This document shows positions 46,413 to 55,660 of a stretch of DNA of 64,000 bases, piece after piece (positions within the stretch are counted from its first letter, which is position 1; the number at the start of each line of letters is the position of its first letter). The DNA lies in the sequence record OR228459.1. One strand, given 5' to 3'. The position numbers were made by a program, and so were the translations under genes. The DNA comes from Klebsiella phage fENko-Kae01. The notes under the pieces are model-generated. The model did not search any database, had not been told where the DNA came from, and was given only the letters and a program-made list of their open reading frames with translations.

Positions 46413-47597
46413 CTATAATTTCCACGGTAATTGCATTAGAGATTGAAAATATCCATTGAAAATATCATTTGTTAAACAAGTTGGGTTCGTGTTTTTCCCG
46501 CAGCCCAAAATAATATTTTCATCCCTGCATATATATCCATTATAATAATTACATATAATAATATCATGTTCTTTGCAAATTATATCAGGAACTATAGTAT
46601 ATGTACCTATATATTGGGGTGATGTTCCTAAACCCAACGCATAATTATAATTATTTCCAGTACTATATAATCTATTATTAATATCAACATACATGGAAAC
46701 GCCACTATGCATTGTATATACTTTACCAAAATAATTATAATCATTACATGAATTCGGTAATTCCACGGTGATCATATTACCTGATGTATTTTGATTCGTA
46801 TTCGTTGTATTTCCATCACCGAATGCCCCGGCTGAATTCGTACCAATACAATATGCTGTTGACTTAGTATACGCAATCGTATTGTTAGTAGACATCCTAA
46901 CCTGAAGTATAGGTTCACTTACAGTACTAAACATTCGATGAAAACGAACAATATTCTCATTATTAATGCCACCCTCAGTACTGGTTTTTATACAATATGA
47001 TGCATTCCTACCAGCACCCCACACTGTCCCGTCTTTTTTAATATATACACTATTTTGTGAAGTAATAGAACAATCTTCAACATCAGTATCTATCAATGTC
47101 AATGGGAAATATCCAGTACTACCAACACCTAATTCACCATAACGATTAAGTCCAATACCATAAAGTTCACCATTGTTTAATAATACAAATGTATTATTCT
47201 CAGGAACTATTTTTTTAATATCTGATATATTAATAGAACTAAACAAGTTAGAGATATCAGTAAATGTCGTATACCCTGATGCTGTACCACTGTTATTCTG
47301 AATTGCTCGATCGCCTGATAAAAATATTTTATCATCATGCGAAATATATATAGTACTTCCAATCCCATTAGTACATAACTTAATATCCGATTCTGGTATT
47401 TTAAATAAAGATCTAGGTCTATCTGATTTATGACCCAACCCCAATTGACCATATGCGTTATACCCACCAACATAGGCATCGCCGGTGCTTAATAAAATAC
47501 TATAAGAAACATTAGAACTAAAACTTAAATTCATTTGTTTGATATATGGTATTTCTCTTATATTACCGTATGTCAATATCCTAGCAAATGGTATCAT
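46413..47597 (-). CDS. MIPF-family fibre-like paralog 9
   Basis: MIPFARILTYGN; GYNAYGQLGLGHKSD. Confidence 0.85.
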   Translation of the reverse strand: MIPFARILTYGNIREIPYIKQMNLSFSSNVSYSILLSTGDAYVGGYNAYGQLGLGHKSDRPRSLFKIPESDIKLCTNGIGSTIYISHDDKIFLSGDRAIQNNSGTASGYTTFTDISNLFSSINISDIKKIVPENNTFVLLNNGELYGIGLNRYGELGVGSTGYFPLTLIDTDVEDCSITSQNSVYIKKDGTVWGAGRNASYCIKTSTEGGINNENIVRFHRMFSTVSEPILQVRMSTNNTIAYTKSTAYCIGTNSAGAFGDGNTTNTNQNTSGNMITVELPNSCNDYNYFGKVYTMHSGVSMYVDINNRLYSTGNNYNYALGLGTSPQYIGTYTIVPDIICKEHDIIICNYYNGYICRDENIILGCGKNTNPTCLTNDIFNGYFQSLMQLPWKL

Positions 47598-47674
47598 ACA
47601 TTCTCCTTATTTGTACAATTATATTATATTTAATTAAAAATGACAGTACTTATGTAGTACTGTCATTTTTCTTA
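47598..47674 (-). promoter_or_regulatory. intra-array terminator + promoter cassette (copy 3)
   Basis: AATGACAGTAC-TTATGTA-GTACTGTCATT hairpin + T-run; conserved promoter block. Confidence 0.6.
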
Positions 47675-48478
47675 TTATGTAGTTGGGCCTACATTACTTG
47701 TGGGAAATCTACGACCACCTCCCCAAATAATACGCACACCACCCAATCCTTCATCAGTACTTGTATTACCAGCACCACGATATATGGTTGTACCCGGAAC
47801 CGCACTACCTGAACTACCACGATAATGTGCAGCAGAACCACTTCCAGATTCACCCATACCAAATAAACCAACTGCACCACCTGAAGCAGCTATACCGCCC
47901 CCTCCGCCAGCACCACCAGCACCAGAACTGCCAGATGAACTACTTGCACCATTACCACCATTACCTTCATAGCCACCAGCACCACCTGAGCCGCCTCTTT
48001 CATATCGATAAGTACCAGAAGTCGGCCCACTACCACCTCTACCACCATCGCCGCCGCCATCGTTTATTTGACTGGCATTCTTTCCACCAACACCTCCTGA
48101 CCCTCCGGCACCACTAGACATTGTAGTACCATAACTGCCCATTTTTCCACCACCAGCAATGCAAGCATTTGAGTTATTTTGTAATACATAAGAATTTCCA
48201 CCATCAGAATTGGCTGTATAACCATTTACACCAACTGTAACTGATAGTACTTCACCGGGAGTTACCACTACATCATTCCTATAACTTAAACCACCGCCAC
48301 CGCCACCACCACCAGTACTTCCAGTGCCAACCCTACCACCACCGCCAACACATAATATACATATAGATTCAACATCATCTGGTACTATAAACTCAAATGT
48401 TCCAGATTGAACCCAGACCATTTCCCCTTTTGGTGGTAATTTATTTCCGTATGTTAGCATTTTTGTAAATGGTATCAC
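47675..48478 (-). CDS. MIPF-family paralog 10 with glycine-rich C-terminal domain
   Basis: MIPFTKMLTYGN then FEFIVPDDVESICILCVGGGG and long GGxGG tracts. Confidence 0.8.
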   Translation of the reverse strand: MIPFTKMLTYGNKLPPKGEMVWVQSGTFEFIVPDDVESICILCVGGGGRVGTGSTGGGGGGGGLSYRNDVVVTPGEVLSVTVGVNGYTANSDGGNSYVLQNNSNACIAGGGKMGSYGTTMSSGAGGSGGVGGKNASQINDGGGDGGRGGSGPTSGTYRYERGGSGGAGGYEGNGGNGASSSSGSSGAGGAGGGGGIAASGGAVGLFGMGESGSGSAAHYRGSSGSAVPGTTIYRGAGNTSTDEGLGGVRIIWGGGRRFPTSNVGPTT

Positions 48479-48488
48479 GATTGTCTCC

Positions 48489-49622
48489 TTAATTAATTCT
48501 TATTTTAGTAAAAATATTATTTTCTGAACCATCAGATTTTTTTCCCGGTAAAACACTAATACTTCCAACTCCCCAAATATCATTTCCATCAAATATTAAA
48601 GAATAAAAAGTTCCACCCAAAATCTGTACTTTTTTGTTATCTTGTACTGTTGTAAATTTAGGAATTTCTTTAAAAATAGAGGATGCCTGTGGTAAGCCAC
48701 TATATTCAACTAGACCCGTTGCATAAAATGTACCGTTAGTACCTAAAAATATATTTCTGTTTGGTGTACCCTTTAACTTTCCTCCAATAACCATTTGGGA
48801 TGGCATGTTTATTTTGGTTGACCAAGATTTAAGCTGAGTATTTGAATTTACACCGTCACCTAATATCCCATTAATTTGCCAACCAGAACCTGCTATTGTC
48901 GTTGGTGTCCAATATGATAATGTACTAGCACGTGTTGCCATAAAGGATGATGTGCCACCATTAAGTATTATCCCCCACGTATACTTATTTTCTGAATTAC
49001 CAGAACCAAATTGACCATAAGGCTGTTGTCCCGCTCCATACAAATATACGGAAGTGGGTGAAATTCCACGAGCTATCATAGAATAGTCTCCAACATATAA
49101 TTCTTGATGGTAAGTAGTACCAACTCGCGTAAATGAACTTATCCGATTTGTAGATCCTAGACCACACGCCCCATTACTATTCCAACCTCTTGAATATAAT
49201 TGATTGTCGATATCAATATATCCCATAGTGTATAAACCAATATCTAATTCTTTCACCGAATCATAAGATGGCATAGTATTAGTTATATCATCACCTTCTA
49301 TTGGAGATAATCCACCAGTAGTATTCTTGGTTCCTAATACATCATAGTTTCCATTAAAAATCCATTTTCCATCCTTAGTATATATTAATGTACTCTTAGA
49401 ACCACACCAAACATCTTCTGCATTTCTATCCAGTACTACAAACTCGTAGTACTGATATGTTGCTGTGCAATCCTTTAACTGATTAGAATTGTTATAACCA
49501 ATACCATATAGTAATCCACTTTCCATTAATACCACATAATGTGTATCACCACATGATATTTTCTTTATATTACTTGGTACAACTACATTACCATATCCCA
49601 ATATCCTCGCAAATGGTATCAT
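48489..49622 (-). CDS. MIPF-family fibre-like paralog 11
   Basis: Start set to MIPFARILGYGN; GWNSNGACGLGSTNR. Confidence 0.85.
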   Translation of the reverse strand: MIPFARILGYGNVVVPSNIKKISCGDTHYVVLMESGLLYGIGYNNSNQLKDCTATYQYYEFVVLDRNAEDVWCGSKSTLIYTKDGKWIFNGNYDVLGTKNTTGGLSPIEGDDITNTMPSYDSVKELDIGLYTMGYIDIDNQLYSRGWNSNGACGLGSTNRISSFTRVGTTYHQELYVGDYSMIARGISPTSVYLYGAGQQPYGQFGSGNSENKYTWGIILNGGTSSFMATRASTLSYWTPTTIAGSGWQINGILGDGVNSNTQLKSWSTKINMPSQMVIGGKLKGTPNRNIFLGTNGTFYATGLVEYSGLPQASSIFKEIPKFTTVQDNKKVQILGGTFYSLIFDGNDIWGVGSISVLPGKKSDGSENNIFTKIRIN

Positions 49623-49640
49623 ATATCCCCCATAATTCAT

Positions 49641-49696
49641 GTAATTATACTATATTTAATTAAAAAAGGCTAGTACGCACTTGTACTAGCCATCTC
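49641..49696 (-). promoter_or_regulatory. intra-array terminator + promoter cassette (copy 4)
   Basis: GGCTAGTAC-GCACTT-GTACTAGCC hairpin; conserved promoter block. Confidence 0.6.
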
Positions 49697-50842
49697 TCAA
49701 TTAATAGATTTAATATCAACTTCTGCACCCAATGACAATTTAGTAAAGGTAGTTGTATCTTGACTTAAGGAAGGAAAAGAAGAACCACTATACCAAATTG
49801 TATTTCTAGTTATTATCATAGTATTAGTTGAATTAGCACATATTCCAATTATATCATTAAGTACTAACTCATCTGGCAAATTAATAATTGTCTTATTTTG
49901 GGGCGTAACCTTATTACCTAAACCCAATTGTCCACTTGTATTATTTCCAGTACAATATAAATCATTATTCACACTAAAAAATGTACCATAACGTGTTAAT
50001 ATAGAATATGGATGATTGAAAAACTTATTAGCACCAACCATACTATACAAACCCGTAATACCAATTTGGGCTGTACTTCCATTACCCATACAATAATAAG
50101 TACCTAATCCCGCTCCATATATCCAACTTTGATTAATAGACATAACCGCCGATGGCATTAAACTCCATGAAATGTTAGAAGTTCTAGGAGCAGAAGCAAC
50201 TTGTACTTCATTCGGCGTAGGTGATGTTCCAAGCATCGATGGTGCATTACCAAAACCACAGATAACATCATATGCACTGAACCATTTTCGATAAGCCGTT
50301 ATGCCATTATAAAGCTGTACATCTTTAACCCTAGAAACCATTAAAGTAGGTACTGATAACATTCCATTTAAGGCAACCTTATTACTTAAACTATAAGTAC
50401 TATTCCTACCAACCATATATAAATCACCATATGTGCGATCAGTCGAATTCGGTATTAAATAAGCCATGTTGTTTAAAGTAGCTGTAATGTTATAAGCATC
50501 ACTAGGAATAGTAAAGGGAAGTTTGGTAAAACTATATACATTACTATTAAGCCCTAAACATGTGCGGTTGCCAGATATATAGTACTGACCATCATTTCCT
50601 TGAATGATCACACTCATATCAGTAGCACATACCACTTTTTTAATATTACCTGCAATCAATCTCCATTCAGATAATGGTGCAGAATCACCAGTACCCAATT
50701 GACCCTGACTATTATCCCCTAATGCAAATAAATTACCAATAGAATCTATATATAATGCAAAATAATTCAATCCACAGAATTGAACTATTTTTGCATCCGG
50801 TAATGTGTTCCCATAATCCAATATCCTAGCAAACGGTATCAT
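49697..50842 (-). CDS. MIPF-family fibre-like paralog 12
   Basis: MIPFARILDYGN; GDNSQGQLGTGDSAP. Confidence 0.85.
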   Translation of the reverse strand: MIPFARILDYGNTLPDAKIVQFCGLNYFALYIDSIGNLFALGDNSQGQLGTGDSAPLSEWRLIAGNIKKVVCATDMSVIIQGNDGQYYISGNRTCLGLNSNVYSFTKLPFTIPSDAYNITATLNNMAYLIPNSTDRTYGDLYMVGRNSTYSLSNKVALNGMLSVPTLMVSRVKDVQLYNGITAYRKWFSAYDVICGFGNAPSMLGTSPTPNEVQVASAPRTSNISWSLMPSAVMSINQSWIYGAGLGTYYCMGNGSTAQIGITGLYSMVGANKFFNHPYSILTRYGTFFSVNNDLYCTGNNTSGQLGLGNKVTPQNKTIINLPDELVLNDIIGICANSTNTMIITRNTIWYSGSSFPSLSQDTTTFTKLSLGAEVDIKSIN

Positions 50843-52038
50843 ATATTATCCTCTCTTAAATTAAAATCTGTTATTAATGTAAAATTCTCAGATAATGGTG
50901 TACTTAATGGCGTAAATCCAACACCAGCACTTGTTGTTAACCCCGAACCCTTTGCATATAGTAACGGGGCCATATTCAATGCACAAAGAGCAAACATCCT
51001 CGTATTTGTATAAGCCCTATATGTGTTCCCATTGCCCTGTACTGTATATCTTGGCGTGAATGTGAGAAGACGATCTCCACCACCTCCATCCATATAACCC
51101 GCAAAATATAGTACACCATTAGTATCAGATAGGATATTCGTCCAATACGTCTGGATGGATGTCCCAAATAGTGATAATAAATTACCCGGCTTAAATGCTA
51201 ATTGTGCAGTATATAACCGAACATTCGCATCTACACTAATATTACCTATCCCCCACGCACCAGCATAATTTCTTCCTGAACAATAATATTTTCCGTCCGT
51301 CCTAAAAAGCATAAAATGTGTTTGACTTATACGAAATGCATTATATTCATAATCTACCTCAGATGTAGCCTCAGAAAATAATTGTGTCCATGTAGTATAT
51401 ACAGTACTTTGAGATGTAGTCTGCATCTGTTGATAAGTGTTATCTCCAGTACCCCAAAATGTTCCATCCAAATCCTGATATACTCCATTAATATTCGTTA
51501 TCCAACAATCCTGTACTGACGATTTTAATAGTACTGGCGTGAAACTAGGAGTTTTATTAGCACTACCAAAGTAACCATAATCGTTTTTTCCATGTGCATA
51601 TAATGAACCATCATTCAACAAAATATAAACTGTGTTGTAATTCATTGTTATTTTCTTAATCTTTAATATATCAAAATACGTAGAATAAAATGAAGTCTTA
51701 TCAACCCATGTGGCTGTATTACTAGTACCATCATATATCGTCTGACGACCTGTATAAAATAATTTATCATCATTCGATAATACAAACGTTCCATATGTAC
51801 TACCCCATGCAGTCTTTACATCCCTCTTAACTAAATGCATCTCACCATAGTAATTTACACCAACTGGAAAACCCAAAACATATCCATAATTCTTATCACA
51901 GGTTCCCCATAACTCTCCATTATTCAAATGCATCCACATCGTCGCGGCGGTATTATCCGAATCCAAAAAGAAGTCAATCACTTTTGCGGGTGCTGCTACC
52001 TTATTCCCATACTCTAATATCCTAGTAAATGGTATCAT
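50839..52038 (-). CDS. MIPF-family fibre-like paralog 13 (first gene of array)
   Basis: MIPFTRILEYGN; GKNDYGYFGSANKTP, GRNYAGAWGIGN. Confidence 0.85.
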   Translation of the reverse strand: MIPFTRILEYGNKVAAPAKVIDFFLDSDNTAATMWMHLNNGELWGTCDKNYGYVLGFPVGVNYYGEMHLVKRDVKTAWGSTYGTFVLSNDDKLFYTGRQTIYDGTSNTATWVDKTSFYSTYFDILKIKKITMNYNTVYILLNDGSLYAHGKNDYGYFGSANKTPSFTPVLLKSSVQDCWITNINGVYQDLDGTFWGTGDNTYQQMQTTSQSTVYTTWTQLFSEATSEVDYEYNAFRISQTHFMLFRTDGKYYCSGRNYAGAWGIGNISVDANVRLYTAQLAFKPGNLLSLFGTSIQTYWTNILSDTNGVLYFAGYMDGGGGDRLLTFTPRYTVQGNGNTYRAYTNTRMFALCALNMAPLLYAKGSGLTTSAGVGFTPLSTPLSENFTLITDFNLREDNI

Positions 52039-52181
52039 ATTATCCCCCTATAATTATCATTATATCATATTTACCCATATATATACCCTTTTTAATATAT
52101 TAGAAAACTCTATAGTACTACCATATATACACCATATAAACGCATAGAAAGCCATAAGAGAAGACTTCTCCAATATTATAC

Positions 52182-52242
52182 ACAGGTGTAGCTCCTGTAG
52201 ATAGCGGCTCTTAGACGCTTATCGAAAGGATTCAACACCTGT
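52182..52242. repeat. large inverted repeat ACAGGTGT...ACACCTGT enclosing 45 nt
   Basis: 8-bp perfect arms read directly in non-coding control region. Confidence 0.5.
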
Positions 52243-52394
52243 AAAAATACCCAATTGTTAATATGTACAGTACTTTTACTTTTAAAATTATTCAGGAAAT
52301 AGTTACACATTGAACTATATTAGTAAGTACTAATGGAAGCTACTATTCAGTACTTACCCCCTTCCGCTATATCTTCTCTGTATAAGAAGATAGA

Positions 52395-52580
52395 AAAGTA
52401 CTAAAAAGTACTACACACCTTTTTTACAAAGTACCATTCAACCTTTTTCCCGAAAGTACTCCATCCTAAATCCCAATCCTAGAAATTTTGGAGTACCCTC
52501 CAACCTCCAGCTAAAATCTCAAAAGTACTCCATCCTAAATCTGAATCAACAAAATGCTGGACAACCATTCAGTACTAAAT
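52395..52580. repeat. iteron-like AGTACT-containing direct repeats (two exact copies of AAAGTACTCCATCCTAAATC 69 bp apart)
   Basis: 52453-52472 and 52522-52541 identical; additional AAAGTACT/GAGTACC units at ~25-35 bp spacing. Confidence 0.6.
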
Positions 52581-52699
52581 TATAATGTTATTAGTGGGAA
52601 TCTACCCTCGTATATATGATGCTGTATATAATATCAGTACTGAACGAATTAACAGTATTAGTAGATATACCAGTACTGAAAATATTTTGAAAATAGTTG

Positions 52700-52728
52700 T
52701 TGACACCGTGGGAATATTTTGACATAAT
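52700..52728 (+). promoter_or_regulatory. promoter TTGACA-N17-CATAAT in control region
   Basis: Consensus spacing; only a 22-codon ORF downstream. Confidence 0.45.
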
Positions 52729-53064
52729 ACACGGCATGGAAGATGTGGTGAGTTATCATCCTGACTTCTGTCTTGTTTATGAAAATAGATTGAAACAGTA
52801 CTAACACGTTTATAACAACGTAACAGTACTGATATGAAGTGAAAAGTATTACCCACCAGCTTAAGCTGGTGGATGTGGTTAGAATAATAAGAAGGGGAAT
52901 CCCCAATCATACGATGAACTATATTCAATTCTACCAGTACTGCGAATAGTTACTCCACAAGAATGAGAAGACTGTTGTAGTACTGAACTTTTTATGACGA
53001 GAAAATTTGAATAGATTTTGGGTGTACTTATCCTGTACTCTGGACGGATTAAGGGCGTGTTTGA

Positions 53065-53150
53065 TTCTCATTCGCATATAAGAATGATAAACTTTCTCAA
53101 CATGAGAATGGTTCTCAGTTGCAAATAAGAATAGTTCTCAAATGAGAATA
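53065..53150. promoter_or_regulatory. four operator-like TTCTCA...(G/A)AGAAT inverted-repeat sites at ~25-bp spacing
   Basis: TTCTCAacaTGAGAA and TTCTCAaaTGAGAA palindromes plus two longer-spacer versions. Confidence 0.5.
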
Positions 53151-53314
53151 ATAATGATTATCGTTTTCAGTACTAGACTAATTTTTCCATTGGCTAGCCT
53201 ACCGCGACGGAATATAATATTCCGGCAGTATCACGAATCAGCTTGTTTTAAATCTGCCGTTATTATCTCAATATCTGGGTAGAATGTCAAGCTAATATTT
53301 TAAAAAATAAATGC

Positions 53315-53343
53315 TTGACACGTTGGCAGTACTTTGCTATTAT
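53315..53343 (+). promoter_or_regulatory. promoter TTGACA-N17-TATTAT driving non-coding IR-element transcript
   Basis: Perfect -35; no protein-size ORF before next promoter. Confidence 0.6.
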
Positions 53344-53370
53344 ATACACATAGCAAGAACAATGCTCAAG

Positions 53371-53458
53371 CCCACAGGGTGCGGAGGTGTATTCGTTAAA
53401 AGCTAAATGCGAATGATTATCATTTCGCTCATATGATACATTTCCGCACCCTCTAGGG
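53371..53458 (+). ncRNA. IR-element (CCCACAGGGTGCGG ... AATGATTATCATT ... CCGCACCCTCTAGGG), putative structured sRNA
   Basis: Homologous copy in inverted orientation at 59647-59726; flanked by convergent promoters. Confidence 0.45.
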
Positions 53459-53485
53459 TCTCCGCTTTCTCGCGTCTATATAGTA

Positions 53486-53514
53486 ATTATACGGTAATGC
53501 GGTTTATGCGTCAA
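53486..53514 (-). promoter_or_regulatory. minus-strand promoter (AAAAGTACTTGACG-N17-TATAAT) converging on IR element
   Basis: Reverse complement of 53486-53526 gives consensus promoter. Confidence 0.55.
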
Positions 53515-53591
53515 GTACTTTTTTAAAGAAAATCGAAAATAATTTAGTACTATATGTATATAAGGAAGGAAAAAGAATTTTCAAAAAGTAC

Positions 53592-53620
53592 TTGCATTCT
53601 AATTTAACCTATTGCATAAT
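53592..53620 (+). promoter_or_regulatory. early promoter AAAAAGTACTTGCAT-N17-CATAAT
   Basis: First of ~22 early promoters sharing AAAAGTACTTG(A/C)(C/A)(A/T) upstream box. Confidence 0.6.
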
Positions 53621-53664
53621 AGCTACATCGAAACGAGATACACAAACACATTAAGGAAAACGAT

Positions 53665-53898
53665 ATGATTCGCATTGTTCGCATTAATTACTCTACCGGT
53701 GAAGCTGATAAAGTAGCGGTTATTGTATCAGAAAAGAATGATGATCATCTACACAATACGCTGATGCGTTTTGTTAGTGCGGTTGACCGTTGGGCTAGTA
53801 TTGAGTACTTAGAAACGTTTAAAGTCCCTGCCGTCCAGCTTAACGGGCATGATATTAAAGCAATTTGGAATGCTGACGAAATGATCGCGAACATGTAA
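53665..53898 (+). CDS. hypothetical early protein
   Basis: 77 aa, TTAAGGAAAACGATATG leader. Confidence 0.55.
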   Translation: MIRIVRINYSTGEADKVAVIVSEKNDDHLHNTLMRFVSAVDRWASIEYLETFKVPAVQLNGHDIKAIWNADEMIANM

Positions 53899-53924
53899 TT
53901 ATTTCAAGTACTATCAAAATTTAC

Positions 53925-53952
53925 TTGACTTACTTTGATAGTACTTTATAAT
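53925..53952 (+). promoter_or_regulatory. early promoter, class B UTR (ACTTACATACAAACGAAGTACTATTAAGGAAA)
   Basis: TTGACT-N16-TATAAT. Confidence 0.6.
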
Positions 53953-53989
53953 ACTTACATACAAACGAAGTACTATTAAGGAAAGCATT

Positions 53990-54121
53990 ATGATCACTAT
54001 CGAGAAAATCCGTTTAGCAGTAGAAGAACTGATCGCGGCTGGCTGGATTGTCGCAGAAAGTGAAGAAGAAATTAACATTGTAGTAAATGGTATGTATTCA
54101 GTTATGACAAACGTGGAGTAA
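53990..54121 (+). CDS. small hypothetical early protein (43 aa)
   Basis: ATG after conserved TTAAGGAAAGCATT leader; below ORF-track cutoff. Confidence 0.4.
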   Translation: MITIEKIRLAVEELIAAGWIVAESEEEINIVVNGMYSVMTNVE

Positions 54122-54138
54122 GTTAGTATTAAAAGTAC

Positions 54139-54167
54139 TTGCATTTACTTAGCGAGTACTTTATAAT
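54139..54167 (+). promoter_or_regulatory. early promoter, class B UTR
   Basis: TTGCAT-N17-TATAAT. Confidence 0.6.
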
Positions 54168-54203
54168 ACTTACATACAAACGAAACACTATTAAGGAAAT
54201 ATC

Positions 54204-54821
54204 ATGGAAAACATTATCGACGTTATCAAGTCTGTTTCTTATGCTGATCTGAATGAAGCACAAAAAGAAAAAGCTATTGAGATCATGCGAGAGTTAGAGA
54301 ATCAAGAAATGACTCCGTTTTGGTCTGTAGATATTACTGATCAATGGAAAGAAACTTTAGACACTGAATACGGCATTACTGATGCAGTGATTTATTGGTC
54401 TGGTTTTTGTTCACAAGGTGACGGTGCATCGATTAGTACTGAATACTATATTGATATTGAGAAGTTTTTACGTAAATGTAAAGCGTGGTCAAAATTCCGT
54501 GTACTGCACAAAATTATTGACCGTGAAGAAATTCATGCTAAGATTGATCGTAGCTCAAGCCGTTACAATCATGAAAACACTGTAAGCGGTAGCGTAGAGC
54601 TTGATTATAACATTGATTGGACGGCGAAGCAGGAAAGCGAAGCTGAACGCTTAGAAGAATTTTTGACCGAAACTATTCGCGAACTTTCTTGTAAGCTGTA
54701 TAAAGAACTTGATAATGAGAATGATTATCAAAACAGCGATGATGCCCTTTGGTCTACCATTGAAGCAAATGAATATGATTTTGCTGTAAACTCAAACGGC
54801 GACGTTTTGCGTATCGCCTAA
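54204..54821 (+). CDS. acidic early protein
   Basis: 205 aa, very D/E-rich. Confidence 0.6.
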   Translation: MENIIDVIKSVSYADLNEAQKEKAIEIMRELENQEMTPFWSVDITDQWKETLDTEYGITDAVIYWSGFCSQGDGASISTEYYIDIEKFLRKCKAWSKFRVLHKIIDREEIHAKIDRSSSRYNHENTVSGSVELDYNIDWTAKQESEAERLEEFLTETIRELSCKLYKELDNENDYQNSDDALWSTIEANEYDFAVNSNGDVLRIA

Positions 54822-54837
54822 AGTACTGACATACTGT

Positions 54838-54869
54838 AAAACGCTCTATAACGCATTGTAGGGCGTTTT
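54838..54869 (+). terminator. rho-independent terminator
   Basis: AAAACGC...GGGCGTTTT. Confidence 0.5.
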
Positions 54870-54926
54870 AAGGAATAGCAGTATCATTTATCATCTTAAT
54901 TAATTAAACGGCGTAGACGGCGATTT

Positions 54927-55097
54927 ATGAGCAAACAAGATATATTGAAAGGGGATGTTTTATACTGGTTAGATCCTGATGATGGGATCTGTTCTGGATG
55001 GGTAACAGTATTAGACGTTAATACTACAGTACTGGTAAAAGGTGCAACGGCAGAATTTGAAGTGCTACCCGAAGAACTTTATTCGCATGAAGTTTAA
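54927..55097 (+). CDS. small hypothetical protein (56 aa)
   Basis: ATG ORF between terminator and next promoter; weak RBS. Confidence 0.4.
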   Translation: MSKQDILKGDVLYWLDPDDGICSGWVTVLDVNTTVLVKGATAEFEVLPEELYSHEV

Positions 55098-55104
55098 AAA
55101 GTAC

Positions 55105-55162
55105 TTGCAAAGTAAATCTAAAAGCGTATAATGATTTGCATAGGGGGAAACATCTTCCCCCC
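55105..55162 (+). promoter_or_regulatory. early promoter + class A 5'UTR hairpin (GGGGGAA-ACATC-TTCCCCC)
   Basis: TTGCAA-N16-TATAAT; hairpin starts ~+10, followed by ACTATTAAGAGAAACGATT-ATG. Confidence 0.65.
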
Positions 55163-55181
55163 ACTATTAAGAGAAACGATT

Positions 55182-55622
55182 ATGACTATCTACTATCTGA
55201 CTTATAAAACCGCCGACAATGTAACTGATGCTAATGTGACCGCAAACACGGTACAGGAAGCAATGGAAGTACTGAAAGCGGAACTACCTGATATTCAGAT
55301 CGTTTGTGTAGTTGATACCGAAACGAATCTTAAAACTATTATTGACCACTATGATTATTTCCGTGGGCGTAAGTTACAGGACTGGTATCATATCGAAATA
55401 GAAACACGTGAACTACCAGAAGAACAACAGCACTTTGAGCAGGGTACTAGCATTTGGGTTACTACCGATAAACGCATATATTTCTGTTCACGCATACACG
55501 TTAACAAGCGTGTTAAAATTGGGGCAGATTCATATAGTGGACTGTTTACAAATAGTAACCTACTAAATGACAAGTACATAAAAGTTTATGAGCGTTTTGG
55601 AACTGATATTTACGCTTCATAA
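55182..55622 (+). CDS. hypothetical early protein
   Basis: Start set to ATG after class A leader (MTIYYLTYK...). Confidence 0.6.
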   Translation: MTIYYLTYKTADNVTDANVTANTVQEAMEVLKAELPDIQIVCVVDTETNLKTIIDHYDYFRGRKLQDWYHIEIETRELPEEQQHFEQGTSIWVTTDKRIYFCSRIHVNKRVKIGADSYSGLFTNSNLLNDKYIKVYERFGTDIYAS

Positions 55623-55630
55623 TATCACAA

Positions 55631-55660
55631 AGGGGAAGCAATTGCTTCCCTGTTTATTTG
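55631..55660. terminator. bidirectional terminator
   Basis: AGGGGAAGC-AATT-GCTTCCCCT + TTTATTT. Confidence 0.7.

Noticed and set aside
47761-48117. Plus-strand His/Gln-rich ORF (HHQHQ...)
   Set aside because: It is the antisense reading of the Gly-rich GGN-repeat coding region of fibre paralog 10. Low-complexity artefact.
52602-52928. Two minus-strand ORFs in the control region
   Set aside because: No RBS, overlap each other and a plus promoter. Region is AT-rich repeat DNA.
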